NCBI RefSeq assembly: GCF_009914755.1
Contig: NC_060937.1
Strand: one strand, 5' to 3'
DNA length: 64,000 bases
Source: the human T2T-CHM13v2.0 reference genome, Homo sapiens
The notes beneath the pieces were generated by a model that was given only the letters and a program-made list of their open reading frames with translations, was not told where the DNA came from and made no database searches. Of this stretch, positions 12,606-26,250 are shown in pieces; the first letter of the stretch is position 1; each line of letters begins with the position of its first letter. The position numbers were made by a program, and so were the translations under genes.

Positions 12606-14272
12606 ATGGTCAACAACTGAAATAGCAATAAAAATGCTAGAACTGTGTTCCTATAAATCTCCTACAGGATAGTAACCACACTGATTTTGTAAGCTAATGG
12701 GATTTTACAGATTATTTTAGATCCAGACTGATTTATGTAGACTTGCCAACATCTCTTGACATCTTTAGTCTTCTTCTGTTATAATTTCTGGTAGAATCCA
12801 CGGGAGTGTGTGTGCCTCTCTCCTTTTAGAAGGGGATTGGAGAGTTGGGTAGAGACACAGAAAGCCAGAAAACATAGGCAGAAGATATATGTACATATAA
12901 GATATTTAACATTTATATACAAAATGTCTATATAAAATATGCATGCATGTATGTATATGTGTATGTGCATACATAGCGCCAATCTCCATTTTATCTATGT
13001 ATATATTCCCTTTGCAGTGACTTATAGCACTAGGGTCTAAGTTCAAATTACACTAAGTAGTATTCATCATACTGTCTTTGAACACCTGGAGTAGGCACTT
13101 GCAGTAGTGTGTAATGTCTACAATGTGGGAATTATTACGCTCACTTTGCACATCAAGAAATGGGAAATCTAAGAGGTTAACTTTCTTTTAAAATATCTCA
13201 CATAAATTTAGAATCTAGCCAATTATTCTTTTTCTCAATTACCAAGTACTGTGACTTTAATACCTGACTGCTAAGAAAACTCAATGATAAATGTGTGATG
13301 TAAACTAAAAAACTCATATTTTGAAGGACTACTTTTTACCCAAAAGGACCCAAGAGTATCATTACATTTTTGGCACATTTTATATATTTTTAAAGTATAA
13401 GCAAAGATAATGCAAAATAAAGGGCTAACAGAGTAAAAAATTTAGAAAAGTTGAACAAGCACAAAATAAAATTTTAAAATATTTAAGCAAAATGCCATTT
13501 GTTTAGAATATTACAAAATAAAAGGAACTAAATATAACCATGCTTTTCCAAACAGTAGGTGGTGAAGGTGTCTTTCTAATACAAAGTAGTTCTGCATTTT
13601 TAAATAAAAAAAGAACCTTAAAGCTGAATTTTGAAGCCTACTCTTCACAAAATGTCCTCTAAGTAATTATATGACTAAATTACAAATATTATAAAGCTAT
13701 GATAATTTGATTTATGAGGCATATATTGACCTTAATCATATGTGAAAATAGAGAACACACAAGAACACCGTCTTTAAACATGCCCATAGTAGGAGCATAT
13801 CTGGTCTTATTTGTAGTTTATTATCATCAGAGCAATAATTACTGATTTCCTCTGATTTTCTCCCACCCAACACTGTATTCCTTATTTTCTGCCTGACATA
13901 AATATCAAGGAGCATGGACTTTACAAGCTTTATTTTGGGCTATATTTCAAAAAATTATTACCAAAAATACCTCTTTCTTTCAAGTAATGAAAGTCAGCCT
14001 TAAAAAGTTTCTGTGTGTTTGTTTAAACTTTCTGACTAGAAACCCCACTCTTCCCATAAAAACAGCCAAAATAACAGACATTGATATCAGGATTATCCCA
14101 CGAAAGAAATAATCCTTTTTATCTCACTGTTATTTTAAAAAATCACCTTACATACTTGTAAGTGGAGTTATTTTCATATAATTTTAAACGATAATGATTG
14201 GGGGAAATCATTTTAATTTTCTAGTGAAAGCTTTAAAAAATTAACAGACACTTAATTTAATGGATTTTACTA

Positions 14273-14666
14273 TGTTGTTAAAGTTTATGCAAGGCCATTG
14301 GTTTAGACCAGCCTCCTGCACTAGGCCCCAGCAGACTAGACCAAATCAGAATGGAGTCACCTACACTAAGTAACATAATCAAACCTATCTTGAAAGAGAT
14401 CAGTTTAAAAAAAAAAAATAAAAGATTCCAGTCAATCTGAGTCTGGGTAATAAGTCTCCTCTCTTTTAACCCTATAAGGAAAGTAAATTTGAAACGACCA
14501 ACCCACTCTTGGTTCTGTTTCTGCTTTCCTTAGTCCTTTTCTGCCTAGAAAGCCAACTACCTCTCTTAGTTCACTGGAGCCCTTGTGGTATTTTAAAGAA
14601 TAAGGTATTGGCATTCTAAAATTGCAAATAAAAGACAAATTGATCTTCAAATTTTGCCTTTTGAAA
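14273..14666 (+). mobile_element. ERV1-class solo LTR (family uncertain)
   Basis: tgttaaagtttatgcaaggccattgg..ctcctgcactaggcccc..agaatggagtcac start typical of MER4-group LTRs; AATAAA near the 3' end. Confidence 0.7.
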
Positions 14667-16279
14667 ATGGTTTCTCCTTAAAGAACAAATGTAGAAGAAA
14701 CCAGTCATTTTACACCTTTAAATACTATGTAATGTTGAAGATTAAAAAAAATACAACTTCTTTTCACCTTAATAAGACTAAAGACACAAAGGATAAAAAT
14801 AAATATTTTCAAAAGGAAGCAGAAAGCAGAAAATATTGTTCTGGAACAGTCTAACATTAGAAGTAATGCACATATACATATTTTTTCATGAGTATGGGTA
14901 AGTCAGCAAAGATTTTAAAAATAAACTTCAGCCAGAAAACATTTTTATATTAAAGGTCTAATGTTATTTAAAATATATTTTCACATATTTTAGAAAATGT
15001 AGATTTCTACTCATACCATTGCTATGCAGATAAAAACTCCACTTGTTTAGAATGACCCAGATTAAGAACCATCTCCTCTCCTCTCAACAAGTTGAATACA
15101 TTAACATTGGGACAAATGAAGGTCACTATTCAGTGTTTTAATATTGATATATTTAGTAACTCAAACACCTCTGCCTTAAAAAGAATGTTAAAAATGAAAT
15201 GAAGGTCCAGAAATACAGTTTTCAAGAATCATGGAAAACAACAAGTTCTGGACAAGCACACTTTCAAAATAATTGTAATCAAGACTGGTTTGGGAAGAAA
15301 ACATTGCTAAGCTAATTGTGCATTTTCTTGCCTTCTTAACAAAAATGGAGATACTATCATCTCTTTCTGGGTAGGTATACTGTTTATATACCTCAATTTT
15401 TGTCTTCTTCTAAAGATACAGTTGGTGCTGCATATGCAGATGACAAGAACAGAAATTGGTAAACTACAGTTTTCCTATAACTTTTATTTCTAAAGAAGTT
15501 TCTGTTGACAGTTTGCATCTTTGGATGACTTATCTTTATGAGTAAAGCAGAAAAATGTACAAACTTGTAAATAATATAATTATCTCCGAACAAAAAGTAA
15601 CATTGTATCAAAAGCCAAAGTAATAATCTCCCAAGAGGTCACCAACCTTCCAGAAAACTGCTTCATCACTACTGCTGTAAATGATTGACTTGTCTATAGC
15701 ATTCATTGACAATATTTTTTTTTTTCTGTGTTACTACAAGTAGCTCCTTCACAGCAAGTATTTATCCTGGGGCCCAGTTTGTTGTTTTAATGGTATTAAC
15801 TTATGAATTTCAAGACTCTAGATTTGGGCATTTTAAGAAGGCCTTTTTAAAAATCTACAAATTCTTCTTCATCATCAGAAATCTCTCCTGAACTATTGTA
15901 TAATCTGAATGGTACTCTGGAATAACAAATGAAAATAATGGGACAACAATGGAAGGCAAAGAGAGTAAAACTAATAAGAAATAGTGATCTCACTTTTTTA
16001 GGATGAATTCTAAACTCCTAGAGCAGTAGAACAGCATTACTGTTCTCAAGAAATAAAACTGACGTTGAAAAGAACTTTTAGTAAAGATTCTTAAAAACGC
16101 TAGAATCAAATGTCCACATATATATTCATTTGTATTTGAAAGGTATAGACATTTTACCACCACTAAGACTTTATCTACTCTAGCAGGTATTTAAGTAAAA
16201 TAGGAACGTATAAAAACCATGGCCAAAACAAACAAACAAAAAACAGTTAAACTCTTATTTTGCTTAAGGTTGACATCTG

Positions 16280-16635
16280 CTAGTATAGAAATCTAATGGC
16301 CATCAATAAGGAATCTGACAAACTAGTATCCATACAACAGAGTACTATACAGCTATTAAAAAGAATGGCATAGAGTTATGGATTGCTAGAGAAAGACATC
16401 TAAGTTATTCTTTTTAGTAAATAAAGAAACTGAAAGACAGTTTTTGCACAGCAACATGCAATTTGTGTATTCGTAGTATATGCACAGACCACTGTCTCAG
16501 TTACAATAAACCATTTACTTTGCTTATATTTGTGGGAATAGAGGTGGGTAGGGTGAAGCTACTACTCTTTAACCATAACTTACTTAAAATTTTTCTTACC
16601 ACAATAATACATTGCTTTTGTTATAATAAAAAGAA
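16280..16635 (+). mobile_element. L1ME/L1MC 3' fragment
   Basis: ccatcaataagg..tatccatacaacagagtactatacagctattaaaaagaatg. Confidence 0.65.
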
Positions 16636-16927
16636 ATAACATAAATCAGCACTCTTATGGAAATGTAAATGTGTTCAGATAATACACTATGTTCAGAGGC
16701 AAGAGCTTTGAAAGAGAAAAAAAAAAAAACCCTTTTCTTATTTCCTATTCTGCTGACTGATTATCAGCCCCCAAAGCAGGCTTTCTAACATCTTATTTTG
16801 AAAAGGCACTCTTTCAAAAAAATCCTTGCCCCACACCTCCGCAATGCTTTTCCAATTAGCACTGGGTCAGAGAGAGGGGCACCTTCAAATCTCTTTTCTA
16901 ATGACTAAATAAACACAATCCATGTGA

Positions 16928-17428
<501 letters not shown>

Positions 17429-17479
17429 TAAAAACATAAATGTGCTTGTATAATTCACCATCCAGTCAAGAAACAGGTG

Positions 17480-17890
17480 CTGTGCTGGGTAGGTAAGTAG
17501 AGGAAATTTAATGCAGACGGCAATAGAGCACAGCAGTCAAAACGGAAACAGGGAAGAAGCCAAGATTAGCAAGAGCAAATCCAAAAAGCCACTTTCATCC
17601 CTAGAACTAGAAAGACCAAAGGAAGAGACAATGTTATCAGAATTCAGGGCTGGCTCCATCAGAAAGGAACTAGAACAACAAGGGCTCTTAGGAGCTGGCT
17701 AACGAGCAAGTAACTACTGCCAAAAAAGGCTGCCCGAGTTAGTGAGAGACAGGGGAAGATGGGTCCTGGATGCCCCACTCCTTTAGCCTTTGTAGTTGTC
17801 TGTCAATGCCTTCCATTGGCTGAACCTACTTGGAGGCAAGTGAGCAAGCAGACGGGACATAGTTTGCAGAGGGGCAGGAAACAGATAAAG
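17480..17890 (-). mobile_element. Old LTR (LTR33/LTR78/LTR79-like, uncertain)
   Basis: tgccttccattggctgaacctacttggaggcaagtgagcaag and ggaaatttaatgcag resemble antisense old ERVL-type LTR motifs. Confidence 0.5.
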
Positions 17891-18149
17891 CAAGGAGACG
17901 TTTAGACTTCAGTAATGATTAGCATTTAAGCTACTCAAAATCTATAAAACTTTTCGCTCTCAAGATGTCTACAAACCATGCACACCAATGTATATGGGTA
18001 CATATACTTGGGACACCACATTCACAATGAAATGATGCCCTGTAAGTAAGATACAGAGTGTCATCTTTTGAGCCTGCAGGGATCTAAGAGAGTCTCCTAA
18101 TCTCCCACCAATATCATCTACTTTTTTATTCTTTTAAAAATTTCTCTCC

Positions 18150-18630
18150 AGGTAATTCATAAGAGGTTGTCACCATGAATGCCATTATATTTTTAATTTA
18201 GTTACTGATGGAGCATAGATAATATTATTTACTTTAGCACGCCCACTCTACTAAACTCATCATTTAACTTAATCACTTTTTTCTCTCATTTGAGGTATTC
18301 AATCAATTTCTCTTAAGCTAATAAAATGTTCATTTCATTCTATTTAGTACTTTTTGTATCGCATATACACACTGAATAGGCTTTTCTAAAACAAAACAAT
18401 AATAATGATTGTGCTAGGAGGTTGTTGGCTTATCTTCTGATTTTAATGAAAATTCTTTTGACTTTTTCCATTAAATATACTGTTGACTATGGGAAAAAAT
18501 ACCCAATCCGCTTTTAAATAAGTTCTATTTTTTAGTATTTTTATAAGGAATAGCTGTTGAATTTTGTCAAATGTCAAAATTTAGTGAGAGGATTATAGAG
18601 TAATAGTTCTTATTTATCAACGGATTTCCT
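18150..18630 (-). mobile_element. Old L1M ORF2 fragment
   Basis: ttatcttctgattttaatgaaaattc..ttttccattaaatatactgttgact; gctgttgaattttgtcaaatg. Confidence 0.55.
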
Positions 18631-19512
18631 TTTGATTCCTTCTTCTATCTCTGTTTTCTCTTAATCCTCCTATATTTCTTGGCTTATGTGGAAAATGTCT
18701 TGGCATTATATAATAAAGCCAGCCAACAAACGTATTTCTTTCTTTCTTGCTGGGTATTTCCATTTATGAACCACATAATTACAATCTGACTTGAATCTGT
18801 GGTTTCCCCAACACACCCCCTGTAGATTCATCATTGCTGGATAAATAAGTTGCTTTTTTGCTGCCAAATCTATGTTTTTAATTCAGTTTCTAGATTCAGA
18901 GCTGTTCTAGGTGGCTGAGGTTATTGTCTAACTTCTGAGTGACAGAAGATTTGTATAGATACATGAGATCCTAGAACGGCTCCCTTGGAACACTTTTGCT
19001 CTCACATGGTGAAACCACAGTTAAGTAGTTTTTCCAATGGTGTGCTTTAGTCTCTAGTCGTCTTAAGGATAAGATCTCACCCTGACAACCAGGCAACACT
19101 GTTCACATCACATAATTCTCTTGTGTACTTGGTTTGGGTGATGGAATTTTTCATATATGAAATTATATTTAAGACCTGAAACATTAGAAAAGTAAAATAG
19201 GTGCTCTGATCTATGCCAGTCCTCGTATCTTTATAGTGGGTGGTTAGTAATGTTGACATTGAAGACAAGGGTTACAGGGTGAATTATGAACCATATATAA
19301 AATAAAGAGTGGGCGGCACTACACAGGGCACAGGAGGAAGGTCAAGGATACATCAGGGAGAAATGAGTGACAGGGAGCAATAAAAGGCTGACCTGACTGA
19401 GATGGAGGGAATGGACAATAGGTAGTTTGATATTAGATTAACAAGTTTTGCAGACCTAAATCAGAATTTTGATTATAACCAATATTGCAATGAGAAATCA
19501 CCATGGAATTCT

Positions 19513-19779
19513 TTTTTTTTTTTTGAGACAGAATCTCGCTCTGTCACACAGGCTGGAGTGCAGTGGAGTGATCTGGGCTCACCGCAACCTTCGCCTTCTG
19601 GATTCAAGTGATTCTCCTACCTCAGCCTCCCTTGTAGCTGGGACTACAGCCGCGTGCCACCACGCCTGACTAATTTTTGTATTTTTTAGTAGAGAGAGGG
19701 TTTCACCATGTTGGCCAGGCTGGTCTTGAACTCTGACCTCAGGAGATCCACCCACCTTGGCCTCCTAAAGTTCTGCGAT
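19513..19779 (-). mobile_element. AluS, 5'-truncated by about 27 nt
   Basis: Alu ends at aaagttctgcgat; 20-bp TSD agaaatcacca(tg/ca)gaattct at 19493-19512 and 19780-19799. Confidence 0.95.
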
Positions 19780-21009
19780 AGAAATCACCACAGAATTCTA
19801 TAAATGGGAAGAATACAAAGTGATGCAACAGAAGATGGGGTTTTGAGAAATCAGGTCCCAAGTATACTTCACATTCAAAAGAAGATACTAAAATCAAAAA
19901 TAGTTGCTATAAGGCAAAACATGCTGGCTCTTTCATGTTCATGATGACTCAGATAGTAGATTATATTGAACAATTAGTTGCCAATTAACTAGCTTTAAAA
20001 TTTTGGATGAGAAACAGTTTCTAATGAAATTAAACTGTCACACTGAGAATGAGATTTTTTTCAAAAGCAATGGAAATGTAGGGGACTTTCTGAATGTCTA
20101 TGTGCCAAGCAATACGCATTCTGAGGATGATGGATGAACCCTGCTACAGTGTCAGGGAGCCTCCAAGTCTCTGACTGAGACATTACAAAAAGCTGACAGT
20201 AAAAATGTGGTATATTCAGCTTTATCTATGAAGGAATTGTTAATAGAGAAATCATTAGAGCAGCATAGTGAGGTGTGATAAGAGTTTACATCCCCATCTA
20301 ATTCATTTCTTCTTTGAAGCATTTTTAATATGTAATAAAATTTCTCTGAATCTAGGCTCTCTTCAGAATTAGCAATTCTCTTCACATTTTGTTATTTAAC
20401 CTAAAACCTAAAAACTCTTTTTGCCCATGGAGATTCATTAAATCCATACATTTGGGCCCTAAATGATAGACTCACTTTTTTCTTTTCTATACTACAAAGC
20501 CATATAATACAATGGCTTTCTTGGTTCTCTCCAAGAAAATGATAGAGATGAGTATTTGGAACGTTGAAGACTTTCCTTTTATTAGTTCTGTGTTTTATTA
20601 TCCTAAAATTCTAAACTCATAAAAAGTTCCTTTCCTGGGCAAAGTCTTTGTCATATTTTATATCTGGTTTCAAGAGGCAACAGGCCGGCAAAACTAATGG
20701 TGACTTTCAGATCTAGCAAGTCTATCTTTGGTTTGGGGGTCACATTTACATACACCCATACTTAAGCTCTAAATTTGTTTCCCATGGCAAAAATGACCTT
20801 ATCATTTCTGAGTTATAGTGGAAGGAGGGAATATCAAATTTACAGCATATTGAAAACAGTTAATAAATCCCTCTGATGAAAAATTAAAAAAAAAATCTGC
20901 CTCAAATGAAAACAGTTCACTTTGCTAACCAAAACACACTACAGCTCAGTATGAGTGCTGTTTCCTTATTTTTATTTTGAATGAACTAACAGCTTTGGTA
21001 ATAAATTCA

Positions 21010-21880
21010 GCTTCCCAAGCGCAACATGCATCTACAGGCCAGACATCTTCTGATTTGTCAAATCTCTATTTGACATATCCATGTTTACGACCCTTGGGCC
21101 CTTTGGATCCCACTCAGGTGGAACTAAATCCATCAGCTCCCCCATCCGAATCAGGTATTCCTCCAGGGCTCTCTATTCCAGTATAGACCAATACCAAACG
21201 ACCTGGCATTCCAGAACAGAAACTCCTGCCTCATTCATGTCTCCTCCTTTTTCAACCCCCAAATTCTGTCAGTCTTTAAATGTTGGCTATTTCATACCCC
21301 AAATTGCTCTCTAATTTATCTATTTCTCTTCACACCTGTTACACATCCCTATTCTAAGCCACCATCATATATCACACCTGGATTAATGCAATAGCTTCTT
21401 AACTGATCTTCCAGGATTCCTTCTGCTTCTTCAATCTATTATCTCCCAATAACTATCTACTTATCAGCAATCTTTCTAAAATACAAATCTAATGATGCAA
21501 TGCCTCTATTAAAAAATGTTTTGGTTGTTCTCCAATTATTTTAGCATCACTTTCAAACTTGTCTCATAATGTGGTTTCTGTTTATTCCTCTAAAATCAAT
21601 AAGCCCACTCCTATGAGCCCCTACTTGCCCTATTAGTTTCAGATATTCTGAACTTTAAGTTCTTCAAGATTCTACATTCTCTGTTCATGCAGGGGTCCTT
21701 GTAAAGATAGTTCCTGCCAGGGTACGCTCTTCTCCCTCACTACACTCACCTGCCTAACTCCTGCTTCTCCTTCAGGCATCTACATAGATTTCACTTCCTC
21801 TAGGAGAGATTACTTACCTCCAAAACCTGAAGTATTCAGCCCTTCTTAATATATATTTCCTATGACAGCATTTCTTTTCA
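21010..21880 (+). mobile_element. L2 fragment
   Basis: ctaagccaccatcatatatcacacctggattaatgcaatagcttcttaactgatcttcc; caatctttctaaaatacaaatctaat; cctgcctaactcctgcttctccttcagg. Confidence 0.8.
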
Positions 21881-22499
21881 TCTTACCAAAAATCTTTCTC
21901 CCTTTTGTATGATCTGTGCCTGTGACAAAATAAACTCCTAACAAAAAATTCAAGGGTAATTAACCGATGTTAAACAATGATTATCAGGTCAATAATCTTC
22001 AGATACAAAGGACAACATTCTCTCTCTCATTTTCTTAAAGAAAACCTTATTACAGGATACTTGTAGAATGTTTCCTATTAAATTTGCCCACTAATCCAAA
22101 GCTGAAGACAGAGATAACCACTTCCTATTTAATGACAGTCATAAATATCTAGGGCCAGACAATTCCCTCAGGGCTTTTTAAGATGTGGCTAAAAAAGCTC
22201 TCCTACTTACAACCTTCATCCAAGCCTGGCCCACTTATTAAGTCCATAATGAAAAAACTGGAGAGAAAAAAGAGTGAATCATGGAGTCATGTGTCCTCTG
22301 TCTGGGATGACAGGGTGGGGAAAGGAGGTGGACAAGGAGGGGCTTACCCTAACCAAAGGTAAATGGATAGGTCCCAATAGAATCTCTCATAAAAATGACA
22401 GTACGCCCAAGAAAGGGTAACTTACTATCTCAGTCCTTGACTGGACACACATTTACACAATACTCCTTATTGATTATCCTTCCATTTATCCAAAAATGA

Positions 22500-23870
22500 G
22501 AAAAAAGAAATTACAGACCAACAGGTAATGAAGGATGGACGGGTGAGGACACAGCCCACACTCCCTCCTTACGGCATTACAATGGTGTGAGAGTCCCATG
22601 GATTAAGGGACACTGCAGAGGAAGCTGGCTTGTACCCTACAAAAGTTATCCAGCCATGCCAGGCAACTGCAGCAGAAAGAGGCAATGAAGTGTGATTCTG
22701 GTGGCAACAGTGGAGGAAGATGGGGTAAACAAAAGTCATGCCATCACCAGATGTCTGACATCAGGGAATGGATGCTGCCCAGGAGGCCCCCCAGTTGGGG
22801 CCACCCCCCAGGAAGGGGGCTGGAGTCATGGCCACTGGGAGACTGAACACAAACACAGCTGCCCTACTTTAAGAGGTCCTCTAAGAAGGTGGAATAAAAG
22901 CAAGCATGATCTATATGGGAAACACCACATCACTAAGGCCACCAGCAGCAAGAACGAGACCAAGCCGGACCAGACTATGAAGTGCATCTCATTGCTGCCT
23001 TCTCTCCCCATATCCGTCTGTTTCCACCTAATGGAAGGAGGGGAAGTAAGTGACTTGGAGGACAATAATCTCTCAACCCCAAAAAGCACACCCCAAGATG
23101 AGAAACAGAAAGCTGAATCTGAAAAAACAGAATATATATTCCCTCCCCTGAGCTATGTGGAAAAGCTTAAAGTTGGATATGAGGCTTTGTGATGGTTACT
23201 GGCTTAAGGAATATGCAGACAGCTGGTAAAAACATTTTTCTGGGTATAGCTATAGGGGTGTTTCCATGAAAGACTGACATTTGAATCAGTGGACTGAGAA
23301 GGAAGATCCGCACTTATCCAATGTAGGCAGGCACCATCCAATCAGCTGAGGGCCCAGACAGAACCAAAAGAGAGAGGAAAGGTAAATTTGCTCTGTCTTC
23401 TGAAACTGGGGCACCCTTCTTCTCCTGCTCCCAGATATCAGCACTCCAGGTTCTCTGGCCTTTGGAACTTGTACCCCAAACCCCCAAATTCCCTGGTTCT
23501 TGGGCTTTGGGACTTGGACTGACAGTTATACCATTAACTTACCTGGTTCTCCAGCTTGCAGACAGCCTACTATGAGACTTCACAGCCTCCATCATCACAG
23601 GAGCCAATTCCCCTAATAAAGTCTCCTCTCATATATGTTGTATCCTATCGGTTTTGATTCTTTAGAGAGCCCTAATGCAAACCTGAAGAGTGAAACTAAA
23701 CTGAAAGTTTTTCGTTAAATAGACAAAAGTCACTAGTAAGTTATAGGAAATACTTGAGATGTCAATAAAGAAAAGGAAGATAGCCCTATCAGACTCATGA
23801 AAAGTATAAAATCACTTCACGTTTATATTAATACTTTAGCAAGTTCAGGTTATTCAATAATCTGACTGGA
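22500..23870 (+). mobile_element. Probable ancient Gypsy-type LTR (MamGypLTR/LTR8x-like), split by MLT2
   Basis: 3' part aagtcactagtaagttataggaaatacttgagatgtcaataaag resembles MamGypLTR gtgaccagaaaagttatgggacctgcccgagatgtcat; purine/GC-rich body; 5' boundary uncertain. Confidence 0.4.
23188..23679 (+). mobile_element. MLT2B-like (ERVL) solo LTR
   Basis: tgtgatggtta..tttgaatcagtggactgag..ggcaccatccaatcagctgaggg..ccagcttgcagacagcctac..gagccaattcccctaataaa..ccctaatgca. Confidence 0.9.
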
Positions 23871-24771
23871 GATCCGGTCGTCATAAGGGATTTAGCATAC
23901 AAGAAAATTAAATTATCCAAGGAAGACAATGATTTGCTAGAGTAGATGAGAGTTGGTATCTAATTAGACCTCCACATGTTAAAGAGAAAATTCATTTAAG
24001 CCATTTCATAATACTCAATATACAAAATCATTTTGTTGCAAACTACTTCCTTTAAAATAAATTTATTAATTGCTAGTCACAATAACTAGCAGTCACAAAA
24101 CAGGTGTCCATAAAACATGAGAATACATCCTGAATCTTTTAATACATTTTTTCAGTACATTATAGCATAATTTTAAACATCAGTGAAATCAATTTATTCA
24201 GGACTCTACATATTATGGAATGATTACATGGTTTCCAAATATGCAATTTCATTATTTCTCATGAAAAATCCCATTAAGTACATAGAATAACTGTGAAACT
24301 CCTGTATTCTCTCATTTAAAAAAAAAAACTAATCGTGCATAGTAAAAAAATTGTTTCTCCAACACCACAATTGAAATTGCATTCTTGAAAGAAAGTGAAC
24401 TCATTCTGCTGCCAAAATTAGTCAAATGTCTACATGTTTTTCCTTTAACAATAACACTGTATTGGCTCACTAGATGTATTCCTCATGACTATAAATGGAG
24501 GAAAACAATATACTCCTCCACACACATTCTCATCAGGGTTACATTTTTGTGGGCCCGTCTGCTTTAAATTTTACACCAAGAAAAATCTTGAAAGTTCTGA
24601 GTTCTAGTTTTAAAACCAGAAGATAAATTCTGAATCATAGACTGTTAGCCTTTGGAAACCACTTCCAGGGTAACTTAATTTCAAGACGATTTGATAGGAG
24701 TGTCTTTTTCTTTAAGAGAAATAGACCTCTGTAAACAGTCAGTGCATATACACTAAACTCATTTAACATAC

Positions 24772-24872
24772 ATGGGTCACTCTTAATTGTGTTTTTGTGT
24801 TGCTGTTTATGTTGTTTGTTCAAAAACTTCATCCACATTCAGCAAACATCCTACAATTAGCTACGACTTCAC
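24772..24872 (-). other. Candidate non-coding or UTR exon (101 nt)
   Basis: Minus strand cctgacattgtgctacttgtctctgtag|GTGAAG ... CCCAT|gtatgt; stops in all three frames when read from the acceptor. Confidence 0.3.
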
Positions 24873-26034
24873 CTACAGAGACAAGTAGCACAATGTCAGG
24901 TTCCTAATATTCCTTTGAAATTTACTTCAAAGCTGGGCTAAACAAATCAGTCAGAAAGCTTCAGCCAAGTAGTCCACCCACATTCAACCTTTTTCTACCT
25001 AATGATAATTACAGTCTGTAGAACAGGCAGTCTCTAATAAACAGCATCAACTTTAGAACACAGATGTCTGGAGGGGCCTTTTTGTTGCCATAGAAATATC
25101 TTCAGTCCACCTTGTCCTCAGCACTAAACATTATCTTTACATTAGCCTCCTATTAAGGGTGTGTGTGTATGTGTGTTGGGCTAGATTGGAGGTATATATT
25201 AGCCCAAATTATAGGATTGCTCACTCTGTCCTGATGGTTATAAATGATTGTGGTCCTTCATTCTAAAAAAAAAAATCCCCAAAATGGAGCACACAAATCT
25301 TCCTGGTGACAGCAGCCCCTGACTAATAGGTTCTTGCTCCCTTGGCTCAACTGAAAACTTCCCTAATGCAGCAAAGCAATAAAGATCAGCAAAGAATTCT
25401 CTATGTTCCTTCTCTCCATTCTAAGCTCCGGAGGTCAGTGGCTTTCTAAAGTAAAGGTATCATCCACAGTTGTAAAACAGGAAAATAAATCTCATTATAT
25501 CAACCCAAACATGAATGTAATTTGAGAGTCATTAATTGAGGGTAGGGATCTAAGGGACTGTAATCCTGTTTTATGATTATCTTAAAGGTTGTTTTTAAAA
25601 GAATCAGATGAACTTCCCTGAAGCATACAAATGGCTTAAAACTACAAATTCATTTTACATAGCCATAAATACTTTTAGTGGAAATATTATACAGTTTGAG
25701 ACTATAGGTACAAAATAGAACTGATTCACCTATAATGCTTATAGTTTAATGTGCTGATTTTAAAGGCCATTTAAACAGAAAATCTTAACATGCATAAAGA
25801 TAATTTAAAAAGGAAAAGAACAAAAGTGTAATTACTTGGACTTTTATTGTCCCAAAATACATACGGTGTGTCAGAGATTAAGTAAGGACAGAAAGACTGA
25901 AGAACAGTTTTAGAAGGGTAAGAGATTCAGAAACTGTACAGGAGAGTATAAAAAATGTTTTAATGCTCAACTATTTTGAGGCAGGCATTATATTTCTCAG
26001 TCATTTTACACACCTAATTTGTTTAATTCAAAAA

Positions 26035-26250
26035 TGCCAGACATTGCAATTGGCCTTTTGACATAGGTTATCTCAACTATTTTTTAAAAACCATCATGGG
26101 AGGAAGTGGCATTAGAATATCATTTCCATTTTTATAGAAGCGGATACCAAGCTTAGGAAGATTAAGTGACTTACCCAAGTTCACAGACGTGCTTACTGGG
26201 CTGCCAGGAAGTGAAAATGATTCTAATTCAATAGCTCTTTCCAGAACTGC
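26035..26250 (-). mobile_element. MIR
   Basis: tttccatttttatagaagcggataccaagcttaggaagattaagtgacttacccaagttcacag (MIR core). Confidence 0.8.

Noticed and set aside
22692-23192. 166-aa ORF as a protein-coding gene
   Set aside because: GTG start, no recognisable domain, lies in probable LTR sequence and is terminated by an MLT2 insertion
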